Position numbers and translations under genes: made by a program. This document shows, in pieces, positions 37,780 through 49,560 of a stretch of DNA of 64,000 bases. A model generated the notes under the pieces. It saw only the letters and a program-made list of their open reading frames with translations, had not been told where the DNA came from and did not search any database. Positions within the stretch are counted from its first letter, which is position 1. Every line of letters starts with the position of its first letter. This DNA is from Mobula hypostoma (Eukaryota). Location: NCBI RefSeq assembly GCF_963921235.1, contig NC_086097.1, positions 126,544,001-126,608,000 of the forward strand. Direction: 5' to 3'.

Positions 37780-40702
37780 CCTTCTTCAATTGTTGCAGTC
37801 TTCAAGGTGTGAGCATACCCACATGCCTGAAGGTAAGACCTGTCCCATACACCCTCAAACCAAAGGTAGAGGCTGAATTGGAAAGACTGGTTCAGAGTAA
37901 GAGAATAGAAATAGTGTGTATAAGTCAATGGGCAACCCCAGTGGTTCTTGTTCTAAAGAGGGATGGATTTTTAAGGCTTTGTGGAGACTTGAAGGTAACC
38001 ATGAACCTGATTCTTATGACTGAACAATACCCTCTTCCCCTCATTTATGACCTTTTTTCAAAATTGGCCGAAGAAAAGACATTTAGTGAGATTGACTTGT
38101 GTTAAGCATACTTGAAGATGCATGTGAGGCCAGAGTCACAGGAACTGGTGACTATAGTGACTCGCAAAGGAACGTTCAGGTACCGAAGTCATCCGTTTAA
38201 CATCACCTCTCCTTCTGTACTTTCACAGCGAGCGAGGGACCAGATCCTGACTGGGTTGACAGGGTGCAATGCTGCTTGGATAGCTTACTCATTATTGGGA
38301 AAAAAATGAGCGTGGGCATCTACAAAACTTGGGTGCTACACTATGAAGGCTTAAGGCACATGGGTTAGGGATCTAGAAAGGCAAGTTCTTCCAACCTTCA
38401 ATTGAATACTTTGGTCATGTGATCAAGAACCCAGGGCTTCACAAGGCACCATCAAAGGTGAAGGCAATCATGGAGGCTCCACCACCGCAGAATGTAAGTC
38501 AATTAAGATCTTTCTGAGGACTATAAACATACTGTGCAAAGCTTGTTCCTAACCTAGCTAGCATGCTGAAACCTCTTCATGAGCTTTTAAATGAATCAAC
38601 ACACTGGTGGTGGACAGATCGCTGTGAAGAGGCTTTTAAAAAGGCCGAAGCAGCTTTGTCAGCATCTGAAATACTCACACACTTCAGCCAGTCATTGCTC
38701 ATACAATTGGTCTGCGATGCATCACTCTATGGTGTGGGGCAGTTATCTCACACATCATGCCATTAGATGAAGAGTGTCCAATCGCTTTCACATCAAGGAT
38801 GTTAAGCAAGGCAGAAAGCCACTGTGCCCAGGTTGCGTCGGAGGCACTCACAATTGCCTCTGGAGTTAACAAATTCCCCTTTTGTTGATGACTTACAATT
38901 CTGACAGATCATCATTCCTTGATGTCAACTTTTGGTCTACACGTGGGCATTCCTTTCCTGACTGCTAGTCGAATGCAACATTGGGCTCTGTTACTATCTA
39001 GACATCAGTATGATACAAAGTACAGGAGGTCCAAGCACCATTCGAGTGCTGATGAACTATCCAGAGTTCCCCTTAGCTGATACAGCTCCAGTGCCATCCC
39101 CGAAAGACATCTTTTACTTCAAGGAAGTACCAACAACTCTGATAACTGTGGTGCAAGTCCGGAAACACCCACATACTGACCCAATTCTATCTAAAGTGGT
39201 GGACATGGTAACTCAAGAATGGAAAGGAGAGCCAACCATAGAATTGAAACCTTACCAGGTTCGATGGAAGGAGCTTACAGTGCAATCAGGATGTTTATTT
39301 CAGGGCCACTGTGTTGTCAATCCTCCACCATTCGGAAAGCTAGTGCCTGACGAGCTAAACGCGGGACACTGTGGTGTCGTGCACATGAAAGAAATCACAT
39401 GCAGCTAGTTCTGGTGGCCGGGACTGGATGCAACCACTAAAGAGAAGATCAAAGCATGTCCACATTGTCAGTGAGTGAGAAATGCTCTCAATTTGCTCCT
39501 TCGCATCCATGGGAATGGCCTGAAGAATCGTGGCAGAGTCTCCACTAAGATTGTGTAGGACCTGTAGAAGCCCTCATGATCTTGGTCGTAGTGGATGCAC
39601 GCAACAATCAGCCTGAGGTTGCCATACCGAAGAGCACTATGTCTGAAATAGGCATTGAGGAGTATCATTCCATCTTTAGCTGTTTTGGGCTTCATCAACA
39701 GCTTGTAAGTGACAATTGCCCACAACTCTTGTCTGAAGAGTTCAAGGCATTTATGGAAACAAACAGTATTCAGCACAGCAAGTGAGCAATATATCATCCA
39801 GCCACTAATGGCTTTGCTGAATGATTCATACAGACAATGAAACAAACCCTCGAGACTTCAGTGGGAAGTAGATCTCCCAACCAGTGTCCTAGCACTTTCT
39901 TACTGACATACCGCAACACACCTCACACCACCACCAGAATGGCTCCAGCCACTGCACTGATGAAAAGACAGCTTTGCACATGTCTTGACCTGCTTAGATT
40001 CCTAAACACATACAGATTGTGCAAAATGAACAGAACCCCCAAGCAGAAAGATATACCAAAGTTGAGTGCAATAGTTTCACAGGAGGGGAGAGAGTACTCG
40101 CCCAGATCTACATGTCTGGAACAAAGTGGATTCCCGCTACGGTGGTGGTACAAACTAGTCCTGTGTTGTACACGACAGAAACTAGTAACCACTACATCTG
40201 GAGAAGGCATGTTCTCAGCTGTTGCCCACTTCTGAGGCTACTGAAAACCAACACAAACTGACCAATCCGGATCCAGTTGTAGAAGTGGGACAGAATTCTG
40301 AGAACCTCCATTAAGATCAAATGACACGGCCAGTGCTCCCCCATCACCTGAGGTGCCCCCTACTGACTATGCCGTACCCAAGCCAAGATATACCACCAAG
40401 AGATAAAATGACTTTGGAACCATCCCCAGTTCGTCGGTACCCTCACAGAAAGAGACTGCCTCCAGACAAATTGAATCTCTAGTTTAGTGACTAAACCTCA
40501 GCACCTGGGGCAGAATAATCCCCAGGGTTATGTCTGGGAACAGAGGCAGTCTACCCTCTTTCCTTCATTTAGAATCAAATGTTTTGTTGTTGAATTTAAA
40601 AACGCAAACACGAGGAAATCTGCAGATGCTGGAATTTCAAGCAACACACATAAAAGTTGCTGGTGAATGCAGCAGGCCAGGCAGCATCTCTAGGAAGAGG
40701 TA

Positions 40703-40740
40703 CAGTTGACGTTTCGGGCCGAGACCCTTCGTCAGGACTA
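40703..40740 (-). ncRNA. Minimal type I hammerhead ribozyme motif
   Basis: Minus: TAGTC-CTGACGA-AGGGTCTCGGCCC-GAAAC-GTC-AACTG; first stem I pair mismatched. Confidence 0.65.
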
Positions 40741-41288
40741 ACTGAAAGAAGAGCTAGTAAGAGATTTGAAAGTGGGAGGGGGAGGAGGAGATCGGAAATG
40801 ATAGGAGAAGACAGGAGGGGGAGGGATGGAGCTAAGAGCTGGACAGGTGATTGGCAAAAGGGATATGAGAGGATCATGGGACAGGAGGCCTAGGGAGAAA
40901 GAAAAGGGGAGGAGGGGAAGCCCAGAGGATGGGCAAGGGGTATAGTGAGAGGGACAGAGGGAGAAAAAGGAGAGAGAGCAAAAGAATGTGTGTATATAAA
41001 TAAATAACGGATGGGTTACGAGGGGGAGGAGGTGGGGCATTAGTGGAAATTTGAGAAGTCAATGTTCATGCCATCAGGTTGGAGGCTACCCAGACGGAAT
41101 ATAAGGGGTTGTTCCTCCAACCTGAGTGTGGCTTCATCTTTACAGAGAGGAGGCCTCTCATATCCCTTTTGCCAATCACCTGTCCAGCTCTTGACTCCGT
41201 CCCTCCTCCTCCTGTCTTCTCCTATCATTTTGGATCTCCCCCTCCTCCTCCTCCCACTTTCAAATCTCTTTCTAGCTCTTCTTTCAGT

Positions 41289-41326
41289 TAGTCCTGACGA
41301 AGGGTCTCGGCCTGAAACGTCGACTG
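41289..41326 (+). ncRNA. Minimal type I hammerhead ribozyme motif (intact core)
   Basis: TAGTC-CTGACGA-AGGGTCTCGGCCT-GAAAC-GTC-GACTG; stem I AGTC/GACT, palindromic ACGT stem III, GTC cleavage triplet at 41319-41321. Confidence 0.75.
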
Positions 41327-41593
41327 TAACTCTTCCTAGAGATGCTGCCTGACCTGCTGCGTTCACCAGCAACTTTGATGTGTGTTGCTTTGTTGTTGGT
41401 TGACCTTGATGATTATTCCATTGAATGTTAATAGTTCAGCAGCTGGTCTGTGTATGGGAAGGGATATGTGATGTATTCATGTATATTTTGACCCTTAAGG
41501 ATTGCTGTCCAGCTTCTCTGTGAGTTACGTACTGAAGGTAATGTGAGAGAGCACCCTGGGTAGACGACTTACAAGCAAAATAAACAGCAGCAC

Positions 41594-41909
41594 CACACAT
41601 AAAAGTTGCTGGTGAATGCAGCAGGCCAGGCAGCATCTCTAGGAAGAGGTACAGTCGACATTTCGGGCCGAGACCCTTCGTCAGGACTAACTGAAGGAAG
41701 AGCTAATAAGAGATTTGAAAGTGGGAGGAGGGGGAGGGGGAGATCCAAAATGATAGGAGAAAACAGGAGGAGGAGGGACAGAGTCAAGAGCTTCCAGCAG
41801 ATTCATCAGATGAATTTCCAGCATCTGCAGAATTCTGCTGCATTCACCAGCAACTTTTATGTGTGTTGCTTGAATTTCCAGCATCTGCAGAATTCCTGTT
41901 GTTTGCGTT
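41594..41909 (-). mobile_element. Short Penelope-like pLTR insertion in the Gypsy 3' LTR
   Basis: 13-bp TSD TAAACAGCAGCAC (41581-41593, 41910-41922); hammerhead motif on minus at 41652-41689. Confidence 0.85.
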
Positions 41910-42315
41910 TAAACAGCAGCACATTTGTTTCTCATCCCTCCATCTCTGGTGTGTGTTATTCACAGCCACGAGGCTTCACAGTACCACAAATATAACAATA
42001 TCTGTGGCCAATTAACCTACCAGCATATCACTAGGATGTAGTTATGGATCCATACAGTCATGGGGAAAACATGTAAACTCTACAAAGTCAACATCACCAA
42101 GGTCATGATCAAACTCAGATCACCGGCACCAAGGGCAACAGTGCTAATCATGGCCCCAGTACGACAAAAGAACCATTCATAAGAACACAGGATATGAGAG
42201 ACAGGAGAGATTCCTGAAGACCTTCAAGCCTGCCTCACCATTTGATAAGATCTGATCATGGCCTCAGCTTTAATTTTCTATCTGTTCTCTATTGCCATTG
42301 ATACATTATATATAG

Positions 42316-42603
42316 GCATCTGTTAGTCTCGTGAGACAATGGATTTACGACTTGGAAGGTGTCCAGGGCGTAGGCCTGGGCAAGGTTGTATGGAAGACTG
42401 GCCGTTGCCCATGCTGCAAGCCTCCGCTCTCCACGCCACCGATGTTGTCCAAGGGAAGGGCACTAGGGCCGATACAGCTTGGCACCGGTGTCGTCGAGAC
42501 AGAGCAATGTGTGGTTAAGTGCCTTGCTCAAGGACACAACACACTGAATAGCGACCTTCAGATCACTAGACTGACGCCTTAACCACTTGGCCATGCGCCA
42601 ACA
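42316..42603 (-). mobile_element. tRNA-derived SINE
   Basis: Minus head TGTTGGCGCATGGCCAAGTGGTTAAGGCG (A box), body GTGTCCTTGAGCAAGGCACTTAACC, TA-rich tail. Confidence 0.75.
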
Positions 42604-43327
42604 TATTGACACACAGATTCATAGTTATACACATGGAAACAGCCCAACGTCCATTCTAACCAAGGTGTTACTAGAGCTAGTCCCATTTGTTCTATAAACT
42701 AAATATCTGCCTATGTCAACTTTGCATGGACTCAAAGATTCACCTTCCACATAATTCTAAACATTCAGTAATCCTGAGGGGGTTAAAAAGCCTTCTTTGT
42801 GAAGATGGATTCAGAGTGCTGAAGACTTCTTCAATCCATTTTCATGATGTACAGCTTCCATTTGGTACACCATTTTAGTTCTCTGTCCATGTATCCCTCC
42901 TCGGCTCTCTGTCCTGAACCCCTGAAGCTCAAAACAAAACTCAAGTAACACAACACCTTATCCTTTACAAGTTTCCAAAGTTGCTAATAAAGCTGACAAC
43001 TTCAGATGAAGATCATCTCTTCCATTTTTCCCCAGGGAGCAGATCTTTATACAAACTTCACAGCTTCTGGTTACATCTATTCTCAGCCCCGCTTAAGCGC
43101 CATTTAGACAGACACAAGGCAGAGAAGGAGAGATACTGAAAATACGTGTGCAAATGGGATTAGTTCGATTAGCATCGTAATCAGCACAGACATGGAAGGC
43201 CAAAAAGCCTGTCCTGCGCCTTGACTTCCACAAGAGGTGAACGTGTCCCTGTTGACCATCACCTGTTTTTTATAGATGCATCGAGGAGAGTATCATATCC
43301 GGATTCAGGACGGCTCAGTACTCTCCC

Positions 43328-44216
43328 TGTGACGAGAATACACATAAATTAAGATGTTTGCTGGCCTGGGATAGCACCAGTGGCATCAGCAGTTGGTCTG
43401 CCACCTGTCCTCAGGGGAGGGAGAGATAAGGAACACAATGAAGCAGCATTTGGAGATGTTAATGAAGGAGCCATCAGTCTGGGTATTGTCAAGATCGGCT
43501 CCTCCTTTGAACCCTGAACTGTTTGAAGTGTGATGGACAGGCGATACCCCAGCAGGGGGATAAAAAGGGACAGGTTCGCTAAGGCAAGATACAGACGACA
43601 CCACGAGGTAACGAGACCCTGGAAGCGATGCCCCCCCCCCGCAAGTCGGTGGGAGTCATTTGTAAGGCTGGTTGTGGAACCAAGCCTTAGACGCACAGGG
43701 TGGAAAGGTACGATCAGCGGGAACCCGGTGTGTGTCCACCCTCGCTTGGGTGCCGGGTTCACTGCAGAGGATCGACCGCATCTGGAGGAGGGGTCACAGT
43801 CGGTGACCTCAGGTGACATCACAAAGGACTCACCCGAAAGCTGTTTGCGAGCAATATCGCAGGTCTGTGTGTGGAAGCCGTTTTGAATGATCATTCGTTC
43901 TTGTTCTCTCTCTCCTTCCCCCCACATTGTCCATCGCCACGGCAACGAATACTGCAAACTGAACTAAATCGGACTGAACTTTGCGTCACTTTGAAATTGG
44001 TCATTTACCCCTAGACAACGGTAGAGCTTGATTGATCCTGTTATCTTAATTCTGTGCACATGTGTGTTTATCATTGCTGAACTGTTGCATTTATTATCCT
44101 TTCGATTACTGTGTTGCTTGTTTCTTTAATAAAACTTTCTTAGTTCTAGTAATCCAGACTCCAACTGAGTGATCCATTTCTGCTGGTTTGGCAACCCAGT
44201 TACGGGGTACGTAACA
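43328..44216 (+). mobile_element. Solo LTR (889 bp) inserted in a Rex1 fragment
   Basis: TGTGA...TAACA termini, perfect 4-bp TSD TCCC (43324-43327, 44217-44220), TATA-like GGATAAAAA (~43558), AATAAA 44128-44133. Confidence 0.88.
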
Positions 44217-46219
44217 TCCCCAAGACCTCAAAACACAGCAGAGGGTTGTGAACACAGTTCAGCACATTGCAAAGACCAGCCATCTCTTCATGGACTTTGT
44301 CTACACTTCTTACAGCCTTGGTAAGGCAACCAATGTAATCAAGGACGCCACCCACCCCAGCCGTTCTCTCTTCTCTCCTCTCTTGTCAGGCAGAAGATAC
44401 AAAAGCATGTAAGCATGTACCACCAGGCTCAAGGACAGCTGTTGCAAGACTATTGGAAGGACCTCTTGTACACTAAGATGGACTCTTGACAATCTACCTT
44501 GTAATGGCTGTGCAGCTTGTCACCTGCCTGCACTGTATTTTCTCTGTACCTATAGCATGAGATTTTGCATTCTGTTGTTGCTTTTCCCTTGTACTAGCTT
44601 GCGGTACTGATGTGATGAAATGATCTGGATGCGTGATATGCAAAACAAAGTTTTTTCCTGTGACAATAATAAACAACTTACCATTTTAGTTTTCACTGTT
44701 CTATGTTTATTACCCTTTCTTTTTACCTTGCACCACAAGTCTGGGACTTCATCACATCTGTCAAACCCTGCACCCCACTGAAACAAACCATCCCCTTTTG
44801 TTCCCTGCACCTCCCCTGAACTTACATATTCTACTTGCTTTAAAAACATTCAACTTCTAACTTCTTCCAGTTCTCACGAAGGTCACTGACCTGAAACATG
44901 CTGCCCAGGCTGATGAGTATTTTCAGCATCTCTGGTCATTATTTGAATGATTACACAGGGTTCATACAATTGTAAATATTGATAATCCTGACTTAGCTGC
45001 TTCAAGGTCAGGGAAGCAGGGTGAATCTTGTTATTACTTCTCTGACAAGCATGCCTCCTCAGCAAAAGGACACTGGAACAACTCAATGGGTCAGGCAGCA
45101 TTTGTGGAGGCAGAAGAGGTGGTTGGCGTCTCAGCTTGAGACCCTCCATCAAGGCATGTATCCTAACTGCTGAGGCGGGGTGGGGGGGGGGGATAGGACT
45201 TTAATTCATCTGGGGAAGAAGCAAATGCAGGCTCCTGGTCACCAAAACGTGCAGCTCAGACTATCCTGTTCCATTGGTGACCACTCCATCACTGGGGAAA
45301 CATTTGTCACAATGTTGGCCAAAGGTTTGGTTGTGTCTCCAGTTCTTCCCCAGTGATTGAATCTGGGGCAGGATATGTGGTCCTGTGCCAATGTATCTAA
45401 CATTTAACTGAAATGTTCATGAAGTTTATTTCTCATATTTCCTGTGTGCATAGGCTATTCAGCCATCAAATCTACGCAAACCTCAGAGCAATCACATCCA
45501 CCCTACTACTACTTTTCTTGTTGTTCCTGATTACAGCATCTGGAGCTCCTTGTGTCTATATTCCTACACTTACTTCCCTGTAACCAATTCCCATTAACTC
45601 TCCCCTGTTTCTCCTACCACCCAGCTTGAACAGGGATAACTCACAGTGGCCAACTAATCTACCAACCAGTATGCTTTGGGGACATGGCAACACAAATACA
45701 GTACAGCACCTGGGGAAAACCCAGCACCCAAGGAAATTCCACACGTTCAGAGGGCAACCTCTACACAGGCAGCACCCGGGGGTGGGAATGAGCCCTGTTC
45801 ACTGGAGCTGTCAGGCAGCAGTCCTACCTGCAGTGCCACTATCTGGGTACGGCATGCCCTGGGTATGGTATGAAATTATGCTCACAGCAAAATATTTTAT
45901 CACCTGCTTTTTGCTAGACATCTTTTGCTATGTTTTACTCTTGTCATTCGGTGATTTGAAGTTCAATCCCAAACATCTCTGGGGAGTTTAGTACAGTTTG
46001 CAGAGGTGACCTGACAGCAGCCACTCAGTTGATGATACAAATAGGGGTACATGAGGTTGGTAACCAGTGCATCATTGCAACAGTGCTTGACTTCATAGTC
46101 ATCACGTTGGGATGTTATCTTGCAACTGGTTATGCTACACTTGGAATATATTGTGTACAGTTCTGGTCACCAAACTACAGGAAGGATATGGTAGCAATAC
46201 AGCGAATATAGAAGATCCC

Positions 46220-46555
46220 TCTGTGATTCCCTTGTCCCTCCCCACTCATCTCCCTCCAGGCAGTGGCCTAGGTGCTACATCTGCCCATACGCCTCCTCCC
46301 TCACCACCATTCAGGGCCTCAAACAGTCCTTCCAGGTGAGGCAACACTTCACCTGTGAATCTGCTGGGGTTGTAAATTGGAGGACCGCTACATCGAGCAC
46401 CTCCACACCATCCACCACAAATGGGACTTCCCTGTGGCCAATCATTTTAATTCCGATTCCCATTCTTGTTCTGACATGTTGATCCATTGCCTCCTCTTGT
46501 GACAAGATAAGGCCACCCTCGGGGTGGAGGAGCAACACCTTATATTCCATCTGTT
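46220..46555 (+). mobile_element. Penelope-like GIY-YIG fragment
   Basis: Homologous to 33040-33330 (CAGGTGAGGCAACACTTCACCTG; GGTGGAGGAGCAACACCTTATATTCC). Confidence 0.75.
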
Positions 46556-47819
46556 TATAGGACACCTACTTAGACAGAAAGGTAGAGAGGAAGAAGAGCC
46601 TAATACAGGCAAATGCTGATAGGCATCATGGTTGCCGTGGCCAACATGGGCAGTAAGGGTCCATTTTGTATTGTATGATTCTATGAATCTATATTTATAA
46701 TGAATTAGCTATTTGTGAGTCACTACAGTTGGTTTCAGCACACTTGAACTAGGCAGGGTGAAGAAGGCAAGGGAAATTATTGGACAAGTTTTCCACTCCT
46801 GTTGATCTTCAGGCAAATCCTAAACAAACTGAACATTTTGTGAAAACAGATTAGGATTAGCTGCAAAATTGAGTAGTGTTGTCATTGTCTGACTGGACCT
46901 ATAAAGTTACTTAGAGAAAATCCAGAAGTCACAGTGACCCAGAGGTGGAAAGGCTGGGATTATACATTGAAGTAATCAGTCGTGTCTATTTTACTGATAG
47001 GATTGTTTAACTAAATGATATATCAAGCAACAACGAGAAGATAATTTGCTGTAATTTATCATTAGGCGAATTTACAAATTTGATTTAGTTTTGATCAAAC
47101 AATTATTGTCTGGGCAATTAAGTTGATATATGTGTGTAACCAAGACAACATAGGTGGGGTTGGGCGGCAATAGTCAGAATGCAAGTTATCCACCTAAAGA
47201 AGGATAAAAGACCTGTATGAAATGGAAAACAGGTGAGTCACTGTGAGAACATTACACTATATGATGTAGCCACAATCAGAGGTGCAAAGGGACTTGGAAG
47301 TCCTTGTGCAGGATTCCTTAGAGGTTAATTTGCTGGTTGAGCTGGTGGTAAGGAAGGCAACAATAAGTACTGTCTTTGGAAGTGAATAAAATAAAAACAA
47401 GCATCACTTTTAAAGATATCTTAATTGATATTAATGCCAACTGAGTGATATTTTCTGATAAACTCCAGTACATTTTCTTTCCATGTTTGCGTTTGTGTGT
47501 TGCTGAGAGGGGAGAGGGTGACGTGTTTTCTTCAATGCACAGTAACAGAAATTATCCCTGTGAAAATTTCCCGAATGAACACGATGTGAATTTTATTTAT
47601 TTTTACTCATTTCAATCTCTATGAAACCAAAAGCAATAAATGAAGAAGGGAGATAATTGGTGGTTTTATACACTGTCTGGTTATTATTTTAATTAGGGTT
47701 AGGTAGTTGACAAATTCTGCTGACTGTTTTCCCCAGAGTTTTAGAATGGATGCTTAGTCACAAGGAACATGATCACATCCTTTACTTCACAGTCTGTCAT
47801 GTTAATGTTTCTCTTAATA

Positions 47820-48775
47820 ATAGAAACATAGAAACACAGAAAACCTACAGAACAATACAGGCCCTTCGGCCCACAAAGCTGTGCCGAACATGTCCTTACC
47901 TTAGAAATTACCTAGGGTTACCCATAGCTCTCTATTTTTCTGAGCTCCATGTACCTGTCCAGGAGTCACTTAAAGACACTATCATTTCCGCCTCCACCAC
48001 CGTTGCCGGCAGCCCATTCCATGCACTCACCACTCTCTGTGTAAAAAAAATTACCCCTGACATCTCCTCTGTACCTGCTTCCAAGCACCTTAAACTGTGC
48101 CCTCTCATGCTAGACATTTCAGCCCTGGGGAAAAAAGCCTCTGACCGTCCACACGATCAATGCCTCTCATCATCTTAAACGCCTCTGTCAGGTCACCTCT
48201 CATCCTCCATTGCTCCAAGGAAAAAAGGCCAAATTCAGTCAACCTATTCTCATAAGGCATACTCCCCAATCCAGGCAACGTTCTTGTAAATCTCCTCTGC
48301 ATCCTTTCTATAGTTTCCACATCCTTCCTATAGTGAAGCGACCAGAACTGAGCACAGTACTCCAAGTGGGGTCTGAACAGGGTCCTATATAGTTGCAACA
48401 TTACCTCTTGGCTCCTAAAATCATTCCCATGATTAATTTTCGGATTTTCCATTTTCGGATCTCCCCCTCCCCCTCCCACTTTCAAATCTCTTACTATCTC
48501 TTCTTTCCGTTAGTCCTGATGAAGGGTCTCAGCCTGAAACATCAACTGTACCTCTTCCTGTAGATGCTGCCTGGTCTGCTACATTCACCAGCAATTTTTA
48601 TGTGTGTCCCATGATTGATGAAGGCCAATGCACCATATGCTTTATTAACCACAGAGTCAACCTGTGCAGCAGCTTTGAGTGTCCTGTGGACTCGGACCCC
48701 AAGACCCCTCTGATCCTCCACACTGCCAAGAGTCTTACCATTAATGCTATATTCTGCCATCATATTTGACCTGAC
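47820..48775 (-). mobile_element. CR1 LINE 3' end interrupted by a Penelope pLTR
   Basis: LQLYRTLFRPHLEYCAQFWSLHYRKDVETIERMQRRFTR; (TAGAAACA)n tail reverse complement at 47820. Confidence 0.85.
48435..48606 (+). mobile_element. Solo Penelope pLTR fragment with hammerhead motif
   Basis: 10-bp TSD TCCCATGATT (48425-48434, 48607-48616); TAGTC-CTGATGA-AGGGTCTCAGCCT-GAAAC-ATC at 48511-48543. Confidence 0.8.
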
Positions 48776-49012
48776 ATATAGCTGGGGTCACTATAACGTT
48801 AAGGGATTTTGTTTCCTGGGAGCCAAAATATTTTATGGCAGAGAATTGGAAAATTCTCAAGCATCTCCTTGCATGGTGTACTTCCCAAAGGTTTATTTCT
48901 ATAAGTTTTATTTTGCAGGAGTCCATTTTGTACCATATGGCGGCACAGTAGCATAACGCCATTACAGCACCAGCAATCGGTGTTCAATTCCCGCTGCTGT
49001 CTGCAAGGAGGT

Positions 49013-49560
49013 TGACCACTTTTAATTCCACTTTCCATTCCCATTCTGATATGTCTGTTCATGGCCTCCTCCACTGTCATGATGAGGCCACACTTAGGTT
49101 GGTGGAATAACACCTTATATTCCGTTTGGATAGCCTCCAACCTGATGGCATGAACATCGATTTCTTGAACTTCTGGTAATGCCTCCACCTCACTCCCCCA
49201 ACTTCACTATTTCCATTTCCCATCCTCTTTCACCTTATCTCCTTATTTGCCCATCGCCTCCTCCTCCATTTTTCTTTATCCTATGGCCTTCTGTCTCTTT
49301 CACCAATCAGCTTCCCAGTTCTTTACTTCATCCCTCCCCCTTCAAGTTTCACCTCTCACCTTGTGTTTCTCTCTCCCCTCCCCCCCCCACCTTTTAAATC
49401 TACTCCTCAGCTTTTTTTTCTCTAGTCCTTCGGAAGGGTTTCGGCCTGAAACGTCAACTGTACTCTTTTCCATAGATGCTGCCTGGCCTGCTGAGTTCCT
49501 CTAGCACTTTGTGCCTGTTGCTTGGATCTCCAGCATCTGCAGATTTTCTCTTGTTTGTGA
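49013..49560 (+). mobile_element. Penelope-like 3' fragment (GIY-YIG tail + pLTR, hammerhead core mutated)
   Basis: Homologous to 33230-33730 and 62412-62977; core reads CTTCGGA instead of CTGAnGA. Confidence 0.78.

Larger units (their letters stand above)
40593..41388 (-). mobile_element. Young Penelope-like insertion with inverted pLTRs
   Basis: 10-bp TSD TTTGTTGTTG (40583-40592, 41389-41398); GIY-YIG tail DEATLRLEEQPLIFRLGSLQPDGMNIDFSNF; ~230-bp inverted repeat 40642-40868 vs 41156-41388. Confidence 0.88.
37185..41988 (+). mobile_element. Decayed Ty3/Gypsy LTR retrotransposon (partial 5' LTR, pol remnant 37830-40480, 3' LTR 41467-41988)
   Basis: RT RPVPYTLKPKVEAELERL...WATPVVLVLKRDGFLRLCGD, RNase H LVCDASLYGVG, integrase LVSDNCPQ and FLLTYRNTPH in RT-RH-IN order; 37185-37290 is homologous to 41467-41570; PPT GGGAAGGGATA precedes the 3' LTR, which ends in CA. 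Confidence 0.88.

Noticed and set aside
43349..43957. 202-aa minus-strand ORF
   Set aside because: Lies wholly within a TSD-bounded solo LTR; no recognisable domain; GC-rich chance ORF
49425..49465. Hammerhead-like site (also near 21810, 31175, 36410, 44875, 45135)
   Set aside because: Catalytic core CUGAnGA or GAAA is mutated; counted only as decayed relics
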